This document shows positions 36,589-45,979 of a DNA stretch of 45,979 nt, piece after piece (the stretch's first letter is position 1; each line of letters opens with the position of its first letter). Location of the stretch: NCBI RefSeq assembly GCF_001194135.2, contig NC_068989.1, positions 29,954,079-30,000,057 of the forward strand, read 5' to 3'. This stretch comes from Octopus bimaculoides. Lineage: Eukaryota. The notes under the pieces are model-generated. The model was not told where the DNA came from. It did not search any database and saw nothing but the letters and a program-made list of their open reading frames with translations. The position numbers were made by a program, and so were the translations under genes.

Positions 36589-37284
36589 NNNNNNNNNNNN
36601 NNNNNNNNNNNNNNNNNNNNNNNNNNNNNNNNNNNNNNNNNNNNNNNNNNNNNNNNNNNNNNNNNNNNNNNNNNNNNNNNNNNNNNNNNNNNNNNNNNNN
36701 NNNNNNNNNNNNNNNNNNNNNNNNNNNNNNNNNNNNNNNNNNNNNNNNNNNNNNNNNNNNNNNNNNNNNNNNNNNNNNNNNNNNNNNNNNNNNNNNNNNN
36801 NNNNNNNNNNNNNNNNNNNNNNNNNNNNNNNNNNNNNNNNNNNNNNNNNNNNNNNNNNNNNNNNNNNNNNNNNNNNNNNNNNNNNNNNNNNNNNNNNNNN
36901 NNNNNNNNNNNNNNNNNNNNNNNNNNNNNNNNNNNNNNNNNNNNNNNNNNNNNNNNNNNNNNNNNNNNNNNNNNNNNNNNNNNNNNNNNNNNNNNNNNNN
37001 NNNNNNNNNNNNNNNNNNNNNNNNNNNNNNNNNNNNNNNNNNNNNNNNNNNNNNNNNNNNNNNNNNNNNNNNNNNNNNNNNNNNNNNNNNNNNNNNNNNN
37101 NNNNNNNNNNNNNNNNNNNNNNNNNNNNNNNNNNNNNNNNNNNNNNNNNNNNNNNNNNNNNNNNNNNNNNNNNNNNNNNNNNNNNNNNNNNNNNNNNNNN
37201 NNNNNNNNNNNNNNNNNNNNNNNNNNNNNNNNNNNNNNNNNNNNNNNNNNNNNNNNNNNNNNNNNNNNNNNNNNNNNNNNNNNN
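36589..37284. other. Assembly gap (696 N); may hide an exon of the minus-strand gene
   Basis: Run of N. Confidence 1.
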
Positions 37285-37292
37285 GATGATGA

Positions 37293-37326
<34 letters not shown>

Positions 37327-37366
37327 GGTGGTGGTGGTGGTGGTGGTGGTGATGATGATGATGATG
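37285..37366. repeat. (GAT)n(GGT)n(GAT)n microsatellite
   Basis: Directly visible at the gap edge. Confidence 0.95.
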
Positions 37367-37789
37367 AAGGAAGAGAATTTACTTTCTCATATAACAATTG
37401 TTCCAGCTGGAGAAGGTGTTCTCCTGGGGTTAAAAAATAGTAGTAATCTCTTCCGTATGGAACAACCATGTTGAAGTGGCAACAAACATTACTTTTCAAT
37501 ATTACCATAACATTAATATTATTCTCATTTTCATTATTATTATTATTTCTAAACGCTGATGGAAAGTAGGACTGAAACTTGTGTAACAAACTGATTGTAT
37601 TTAATTTTAAATTTCTCCCTCTATGTTCAAATCCTGATGGGGTTGATATTACATTAATCCATTTGGAGACCATAAAATAAGTATGTCCTGATCTGAGATT
37701 GATTCAGTTGATTCTACATGCCTGCCATACAAGTTTATGTGAAAAAAGGGAAAAAAAATCATTATTAATATGAACTAATTTTATGACTT

Positions 37790-37925
37790 GGTAGCTTGAG
37801 TTCAATCCTACTGTGTAGCATCATGGGCATGTGTCTTCTACTTTAGCTCTATGTTGATCAATATCTTGTGAGGGAATTTGGTTGGCATAAACTGAAAGGA
37901 GCTTATCACATGTGTGTGTGTGTGT
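37790..37925 (+). mobile_element. SINE head fragment (same family as 39286)
   Basis: gagttcaatcctactgtgtagcatcatgggcatgtgtcttctact...ttgtgag followed by (TG)n. Confidence 0.5.
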
Positions 37926-39285
37926 TCATACATTTACATGTGCATGCATGAATATGAATATTTACAAAACTACACTGAATTACAGCTACTAATAGTTGAC
38001 ATCATCATTTTCTGTTCAGCTTCTGACAGTGATATCATAGTTTGTAGTTGGATAGCAACAGGTGACATTTGTTGATATTTACTGTCAACAAATAATATTC
38101 TGCTAGCTTTGTACCTTCAAATTCCTCTGGAATAAAAAGTCCCTCCCTTGAAAAACAGGTAAGAGTTGGTGTGAAGAAGAGCATCCTGCTGTCAAAATCC
38201 TGCCTCAGTTTTGTTCCTAAGGGAGGTAGGATTTCCATGTTAACATGGAAAAATAGATGTTAAACAGAACAAACAAATAAGCAATAAAAACTGAATAAAT
38301 GTCTAAAAAGAAAAACTATGAAGATTGCAATTCTCCATTTCTTTGCACCTATAATTCTAACATTTCAAAGGAACTTAATCATATTGGTTTCAAGTTTTGG
38401 CACAAAGCCAGTAGTTTCAGGAAAGGGATTAAGTTGACTACATTGACTCCAGTGTAAGGAACTTAATCATATTAATCAATATCAAATATTTTTCTATTCC
38501 CTTACACAATTCAAAAGTATGGTGAGAAAAGAGAGCAAGAAAGAGAGAGATGGAGAACATGAATACTGTTGAAAAGTGTAAGGAATCTGCAAAATATATT
38601 CAGCTTTGGTTGAGAAATTCCACTCCATCTATAGCTCATGTTGAAGTCAATAACCTGAAGAGGTATGAGCGCCTCTGTGCTGGTCTGTTCTTGATGTTAC
38701 ATGAAAATGATTTTGTTGGCCCAATAACTCATTTAAAGTAATGGACATGCACACTCACACACACACTACAGACTTTGAGAAAGCTGACCAATATTGTTTT
38801 AATGAAGAATTAGTAAAATAATGAATATTACTGGTTTTCAGGAAGGAGAAAAATATGTAATAACTATGGAAATATTAATATAACCACAGCAGTATGCCTT
38901 TCAATGGTGTATATACATTTTGAACGATACACAGATATACATTTAGTATGATGGTTTATATACATTTAATATGATACAACTTTATTATAACTCATTTTTG
39001 TTGCTGTTCCTAGTTCATCTAGATTGAACAAGACTATGAAAAAAGGCCTTCCAACCATGATCATTCTGTATTTTAAGGGGAATATAGGATTATTACATTA
39101 TTCAATTATTTTCTTTGTTTCAGATAGTGAAATACTATTTAAGGGTTCCTATTTCTAAGATCACATATGACCATCTAGAGGCTGTCCTATTAGCTTGGTT
39201 GGATGAGATAGCTGTTATTTTTCATTGAAAACTACATGCTCTGAGTTAAAATCTCATGGGTCTCTAAATGCAGTTAACAGGCATG

Positions 39286-39648
39286 GTGCAGGTGTAGCTG
39301 TGTAATAAGAAGCTTGCTCCTCAACTGCATGATTCTGGGTTCAGTCCCACTGTATGGCACCTTGGTCTTCTACTCGTGAGTGGATTTGTGTGTGTATATA
39401 TATATTTTATATTTCTTTATATGTGTGTGTGTGTCTTTGTTTGTCCTCCACCACTGCTTGACAACCAGTATTGGTGTGTTTATGTCCCTGTAACTTAGCA
39501 GCTCGGCAAAAGAAACTGATAGAATAAGTACCAGGCTCAACAAAATAAGTCCTGGGGTCGATTTGTTCAACTAAAACACTTCAAGGCAGTGCCCCAGCAT
39601 GGCCACAGTCAAATGACTAAAACAAGTAGGTAAAAGGGGTAAAAAGTA
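39286..39648 (+). mobile_element. Near-complete tRNA-derived SINE with an internal TA/TG microsatellite
   Basis: gtagctgtgtaataag (A-box-like), ggttcagtccc (B-box-like) and a 3' body ending aaacaagtaggtaaaaggggtaaaaag. Confidence 0.75.
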
Positions 39649-40189
39649 ACAAAACCTGGAGAGAATTAATAGAAGTTATTGTTAGAAATATGGCAGAAGT
39701 GAATCTAATGGACTGATTATTAGCAGTAAAAGAATAATATTAATATTTTTATCAAATCATACTTGCTATGCTATAAAAATACCTAATGAGTATAATATTA
39801 AATTCATTCGATGACAATGCAATCCCTCTACAATAAAGCTTGATTTATAGCTATTCTTTCATAACACCTTGTTAGTGTGCACTATTGAATCTTGACTTCA
39901 TAAATTGGCACTGACATTGCATTATGTCCATAATTGTCAATAACCCATACCTCTTAAATGTAAATAAATACCATGTATAAGTCATCACTGTAAGAATTAG
40001 AGTCAGAATTTTTTTTAGTTCATGCTTTAATTAACAGTCCAAACAAATTACATATGAAAAGCATTTATTCATCAAAATATATCCCTTCATATTCCATTGT
40101 CTGTTGCCGTATTTGTGCCAGATGCTCAATTCCACAATAATACCATTTGGCTGGTTTAGAAACAAAAACACTCTCTGCACCCATTTTCA

Positions 40190-41000
40190 ACTATTGTTGA
40201 ACCTCTGTCAGTGCAGGAAAGGAACCACGGTTCAGAAAAGGTAGTAATTTGATGGTGTACAATCTGGACTGTAGGTAGGGCGTGGCAGTGCTTCCATCCC
40301 CTCAAGTTCCTCAACTTTGTGCCTGGTCACATTGACATTATGTGCTGGCGCTGTCATGTCTTTGACCAATGCTGAGTAGCAGGCTTTCAAAGCATCATAC
40401 GCTCATTGCAGTTAGTGTTCACAGTATGACCATCTGGGATAAGCTCAAAGAACAATACCCACTCAAATGCCACCGAACAGACAACACAACCATGTGTTTT
40501 GAAACCTGGCTGGAACGAAGCAACTGATGTCTCTTATGAAAATAGATTCCTTTTTCATCTCCAGTTACAATTCAATGCCAAAAACAGGCATCTTGGGGAT
40601 TTGCAGCAGTTGTTTGCAAATGTCCACATGTCACTGAATCTAGCCATTCATCACTTCATGTGAAGTTTCTTGACAGCATCTGTTCACAAGGCTGAGCTTA
40701 TGGAGGTGTGGATTGATGGTGCTTTGTGAAAGACCATGTTTTGCTGACAATGTATGAGTGCTTGAGCTTGGTTGTTGTTCAACCATTTCAAGCTTCATCT
40801 TCCACAACAGAAGGTCTCCCTCCCTGAACTTAGTTTGTCTTTGAGGCTGGTGTCACCTTCCTTGAAATGTCTAAACCAGTTTTGGGCATTCCATGTCATT
40901 AATTTCTTTTCTTGCTGCCCTTGCACAAAGTCCTTTTTTCCATAGGTAGCGTAAAATGGCCCTAACTGCAATTTTTTCACCACTCATTATCAAAGCTGTA
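40190..41000 (-). mobile_element. Degenerate mariner transposase
   Basis: AQNWFRHFKEGDTSLKDKLSSGR (HTH region), VTGDEKGI, HDSAS and EALPRPTYSPDCTPSNYYLF (YSPDL motif). TIRs not located. Confidence 0.8.
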
Positions 41001-42330
41001 AAATAAAGAATAAACATATATATGAAAATAAAGAATAAACGATTTGGAAATGCACTGACTGGACAACAAATTGCATCAAATTAATGACATAACATGAAGA
41101 TACCATTTGCCAAAAATTATCAGTGAAAACTGAAAAAAAAACCCCAAAATACTTTTGACTCAAGCTGGTAGTTTTGTTAGCTTGTAGTGCTGTTTAACCC
41201 AATTTCAGTCCTAACTGAGCAAATCTATGATCAAAGGCACTTCAACCTTGACCAGCCATTATATAGAATTACATTATCAAATGTGTCCTTTCCTTATTTA
41301 AGAGAGTAAAGTGTAATTTGAGGGAGATTTGACTACTATTTCTAGTACATTAAGCAACCATGTTGGCTCAACGATAGTAATCTACTCCAACATAAAGCTT
41401 CAGTAAGTACTTACTCATCTTGATCAGTCTTGATATTGGATCTGAACATCCATTAAAGCCAATATTGTATTTGAATACAAGGATTCTAACAACAATGAAT
41501 GTATGTATATGTATGAATGTATGTGTGTGGAAAATAGACATTATTATGATATATTGATACACAAAACCAGCTTCAAGTGAAACACAATGAAGTAATCGAC
41601 ATTTTACTGATGTTTTGTAAGAATTTATTTGAAGTTTAAAAAAATCTGAGTAATACTTTGCCTCATGCATCTCTACAAATATAAGATAAACATACAAATT
41701 GAGTAAGGAACCTCTAATGGTCAACTAACTTGTAGAAATTACGAGTCAAATCTGTCCCAAATTTCACCCTGTAAGTCTTTAAAAATAGGAAAGATGGACA
41801 TTACATAATGTAGTGTTGGATATACAAAATGGGAAGAGTGTCACTATTGGAACATGTTTTATTATAGGTCTGTTTGATCAGGGTTGACTTGAGGCTATAC
41901 AACTACAATCTACACATATAACATTTTATCAAAGTAGTTCAGGTGATTAAAATAGACATTGTATTTTATTATTGAGTAATGCTCATAACTTCACTTGCCT
42001 CAAACCATTTAGCTAAAAAATAGGCATTATTAAGATATATTGATGCAAACATTAATAACTAATCAGCAAAAATGAAAAGGAAATTCAGTATGGATCAGTG
42101 AAACTGTTAAAATGGCACATAGATATTCACTGAAATCAATGTAACAAAATATCAATACAAATTGTTTTAGATGAAGTATTAACTCTTTCATTACTCTATT
42201 TCTTATAAAATAGCTAAGAATTTAGTTGCATTCAGTAAAATGACGTTCTCATTTATTTCTTTTTAAAGCTGATGTTCCAAGAACATGACTTACAGAAATG
42301 TTCTGAAATAAAATTATGAAGAAAGATTTT

Positions 42331-42641
42331 AAGACATTCGAGCGAGATCGTTGCCAGTGCCGCCGAACTGGCTCCTGTGCAGGTGGCACATAAAATACAC
42401 CATTTGAACGTGGCCGTTGCCAGTACCGCCTGACTAGCCTTCATGCCGGTGGCACGTAAAAGCACCCACTACACTCTCGGAGTGGTTGGCGTTAGGAAGG
42501 GCATCCTGCTCTAGGAACTCTGCCAAATCAGATTGGAGCCTGGTGTAGCCATCTGGTTTCACCAGTCCTCAGTCAAATCGTTCAACCCATGCTAGCATGG
42601 AAAGTGGACGTTAAACGACGATGATGATGATGATGATGATG
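42331..42641 (+). mobile_element. Short copy consisting only of the RTE 3' UTR end plus (GAT)n tail
   Basis: Aligns with 663-1046, lacking that copy's 95-bp duplication and retaining a ~19-bp block the other copy lost. Confidence 0.85.
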
Positions 42642-42984
42642 AACACTTTAAAACAAAAAGTTTTATATCAAAAGGACAGGGAGAATCTCAGAGTAATTGG
42701 TTATCAAAAGAGTTAAGGATGCTTCTGAGTTGGTAAAACTGTTACACCAGAAATCCATTCTTAATCATAATAAAGAAAAAAAAAATTAAGGCTTGATGTT
42801 TAAAGAATAACATGACCAACAGACTGTGAAAAAAATTTTTTTAAACACTATTTAATTTGTGATATGTATATTATAGGTTTCTAATGAGCCAGTCATTTGA
42901 TTATTCTATTTCTGATGGTAAAGTTGAGAAGGAGGCCATTGCAATTTGGTGGACATAATTTTTGTTGACCCATCTTCAAAACAC

Positions 42985-43120
42985 ACACAATGGGTTTCCA
43001 CACAAATTCCATTCCTAAGCTACTAGTCAACTTCAGAGTTCAGTGGAAGACACATACCCAATGTGCTATACAGTATGATTGAATCCGGAATCATATGACT
43101 GAGAAGTGAACTTAATCACA
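42985..43120 (-). mobile_element. SINE head fragment
   Basis: The reverse complement gattccggattcaatcatactgtatagcacattgggtatgtgtcttcc resembles the 39286 family head. Confidence 0.5.
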
Positions 43121-43269
43121 CCTACATTGATCTATACTTGTGATTAATTGGATTGAAGTTGTGTATATCCATTTATCTTATTTATGTGATCTAAACCATC
43201 AGATAAATACAATGAATGTATTAGTAGTAGCACAAAAGAGACTTGTACATGAGAACATCAACTAAATTA

Positions 43270-45230
43270 TATATATTAGGGAGGAGGAGCTACAGACTTG
43301 TGACATAGAGGGCAAGTGGGAATTCCTGTGGGACAGCTTGCTGAATGCCACAGACCAAATCAGTGGCTGGTACTAAGTCCCATCCAGACCTAGGGTGATG
43401 TGGTGGTGGAATGATGCTGTAGACAGGGCCATTAGAGCAAAGAAACAGGCCTGGAAGAGTGGGGGTAGCAGAGAGCTGTAATCAGATAGTCAGATGGGAA
43501 GCTAGGTGACAAGTTTATTTAGCCAAAGGAGAAGCGCCATGAGGAGCAAAGACTTGAAGTGTCTTGGATTACAAGACAGTGTGTGAGAGAAAATTGCGAT
43601 GTCATAGGAGAGAAATGTGTCCTTATGGATGATGGTGCACTTGTATTTAATGATTCTGCAAAGAGGCTTGAAAATGCCATTATGAAAGACTGCTGAACAT
43701 AGACAATGAATGGGAGGAGGAGAGTCAGCCAAATGTTGACCCAATCGAGGGACCAGCTATCTGAATTGACAGTACCTTTGTAGATAAAGCAATTAAGGAT
43801 ATGAAGACAAGGAAAGCCTGTGGCCCATCAGGAGTGACTGCTGAGATGCTTAAAATATCTGGTGGTGTGGGTTATGGTCTAGTCACCCATATTGCAAATC
43901 AGGTGGTTCACGAAGGAGTCATACCCAATGACTAGTGTAGTAGTACCATAGTTAACTGCTACAAAGGTAAATGTGATGCCCTAGATAGAAATAATTACAG
44001 AGGTATCAAATTGTTGGATCAGGTGATGAAAGTTATGGAGAGGGTCATAGCCCAACTAATTTGGGAGAGAGTTAGTCTAGATGAGATGCAGTTAGGTTTT
44101 GTGTCAGGGAGAAGCACCACTGATGCTATATTTCTGGTAAGGCAACTGCAGGAGAAATACATAGCCAATGATAAACCTCTGTACTTGGCTTTTGTTGACT
44201 TGGAGAAAGCCTTTGACAGGGTCCCCCAATACCTTATCTGGTAGTCATTGTAGAAACTAGGGATAGTCAAGTGGTTGGTATGAGCTGTACAAGCCATGTA
44301 CAGGGATGCTACCACTAAGGTGAAGGTTGGCAATGAGTACAGTGAAGAATTCAGGGTACAAGTAGGGGTTCACCAAGGATTGGTCTTTAGCCCCCTCTTG
44401 TTCATCATATTCCTCCAGGCAGTAACAGACAGGCTGTCCCTGGGAACTCCTCTATGCTGATGACTTTGTTCTTATAGCTGAATCACTACCAGAACTAGAG
44501 AAGGAGTTTTCAATCTGTAGAAAAGGTATAGGTAGAAACTCCATAAGATGTGCCCAGTGTAAGCTATGGACACATAAGAGGTGCAGCAATATCAGAAGAA
44601 GATTAACAGGGAAAATATCTTTTGTGTGCAGAAGATGCACAGGTACAATAAACACTGAAAATGTACAGAAACTAGACTGCACCAACTGCCAGTGGAGTAA
44701 GCTAGAGGTAGTAGATAGCTTTTGTTATCTAGGTGACCAAGTCAGTAGCAGAGGTGGATGCTCCAAGAGCATAGTTGTGAGAATAAGATTAGGCTGGGCA
44801 AAGTTCACAGAGCTCCTACACCTGCTGGCAACAAAGAGCCTCTCTCTCAGAGTGAAAAGCAGATTCTATGATGCCTGTGTGTGAATGGCAGTGAAACATG
44901 GGCCGTGACAGTCAAGGACATGTGTAGGTTTGAAAGAAATGAAGCTAGTATGCTTTGCTGGATCTGCAATGTCAGTGTGCATGTCTGACAGAGTGTAAGC
45001 ATCTTGAGAGAAAAGTTGGGCATAAGAAGCATCAGATGTGGTGTGCAAGAGAAATGACTGTGCTGGTATGTGATGCATATGGATGAGGACAGCTGTGTAA
45101 AAAGTGCCAATCTCTAACTGTGGAAGGAATTTCTGGTAGAGGTAAATCCAGAAATACATGGGACAAGGTGGGGAAGCATGATCTTCGAACTTTGGGCCTC
45201 ACAGAGGCAATGACGAGCGACTGAGACCTT
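43270..45230 (+). mobile_element. Degenerate RTE LINE (RT with embedded PHD-like finger)
   Basis: NYRGIKLL, GRSTTDAIFLVRQLQEK, AFVDLEKAFDRVP, GVHQG..SPLLF, LYADD, FCYLG. The C-terminus is homologous to 1-290. Many stops. Runs into a gap. Confidence 0.92.
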
Positions 45231-45652
45231 NNNNNNNNNNNNNNNNNNNNNNNNNNNNNNNNNNNNNNNNNNNNNNNNNNNNNNNNNNNNNNNNNNNNNN
45301 NNNNNNNNNNNNNNNNNNNNNNNNNNNNNNNNNNNNNNNNNNNNNNNNNNNNNNNNNNNNNNNNNNNNNNNNNNNNNNNNNNNNNNNNNNNNNNNNNNNN
45401 NNNNNNNNNNNNNNNNNNNNNNNNNNNNNNNNNNNNNNNNNNNNNNNNNNNNNNNNNNNNNNNNNNNNNNNNNNNNNNNNNNNNNNNNNNNNNNNNNNNN
45501 NNNNNNNNNNNNNNNNNNNNNNNNNNNNNNNNNNNNNNNNNNNNNNNNNNNNNNNNNNNNNNNNNNNNNNNNNNNNNNNNNNNNNNNNNNNNNNNNNNNN
45601 NNNNNNNNNNNNNNNNNNNNNNNNNNNNNNNNNNNNNNNNNNNNNNNNNNNN
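45231..45652. other. Assembly gap (422 N)
   Basis: Run of N. Confidence 1.
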
Positions 45653-45720
45653 CCCTAGATAGAAATAATTACAGAGGTATCAAATTGTTGGATCAGGTGA
45701 TGAAAGTTATGGAGAGGGTC

Positions 45721-45979
45721 AGAGACATAGGCATCTGCATCAAGTACCGGTCCGACGGTTCAGTCTTCAACTTTGGAAGGCTCAAAGCAAAAACCAAGGT
45801 TTCAGTAAACACCGTCAACGACCTCCTGTTTGCCGATGACTGCGCTCTCAATGCTGCCACTGAGTCCAACATGCAGCACAGCATTGACTTGTTCTCTGGT
45901 GCCTGCAACAACTTTGGCCTTACTATCAACACAAAAAAGACCGAGGTAATGTATCAGCCAGCTTCAACGAAGCCCTACG
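45721..45979 (+). mobile_element. Second, intact-frame RTE-clade (BovB-like) RT fragment, 5'-truncated, running off the window
   Basis: Stop-free RDIGICIKYRSDGSVFNFGRLKAKTKV...LLFADDCAL...FGLTINTKKTEVMYQP. Visibly more GC-rich than the flanks. Confidence 0.85.

Noticed and set aside
37383-37423. 41-nt candidate microexon on - (ccccag|GAGAAC...GAGAAA|gtaaat; EHLLQLEQLLYEK in one frame)
   Set aside because: Splice sites are plausible, but the open reading does not give the expected KR junction with the 35208 exon and there is no homology support. Needs RNA-seq.
33905-41360. Three weakly similar segments (about 33910-34110, 39020-39200, 41200-41360) suggesting another dispersed repeat family
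   Set aside because: Too diverged to align or classify by eye, so not reported as features.

Overview
AT-rich, microsatellite-dense animal genomic DNA with three assembly gaps. The repeat landscape (tRNA-derived SINEs, RTE LINEs with (GAT)n tails, long CA/TA tracts) most resembles an octopus or other coleoid cephalopod; this is an inference from recalled repeat families, not a search result. Two host genes face each other tail-to-tail. On +, three spliced exons (3097-3198, 6156-6235, 11685-11775) encode the C-terminal part of glyoxalase II (HAGH). On -, two spliced exons (35208-34917, 33586-32297) encode a Ser/Pro-rich C-terminus, tentatively of the SRCIN1/KIAA1217 (sickle tail)/CG32809 family. 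The rest is mostly transposon relics: a full-length degenerate Ty3/Gypsy element (LTRs, Trp-like PBS, PPT, 4-bp TSD, -1 frameshift signal) just after the HAGH poly(A) signal, a Tx1/L1 LINE, several RTE pieces, Penelope GIY-YIG fragments, an R4/Dong-like 3' end in (TAA)n, piggyBac, Tc1 (DD34E), mariner, MITEs and SINEs. The best leads are: a tandem array of covarying hairpin/pseudoknot units in the RTE 3' UTR, with a 5' boundary reused in two events; a PHD finger inside an RTE reverse transcriptase; a near-perfect 124-bp-arm foldback in (TA)n; non-canonical Gypsy LTR ends; and an intact-frame, possibly polymorphic second RTE family at the window end. I see no clearly novel multi-gene system; these leads are hypotheses.
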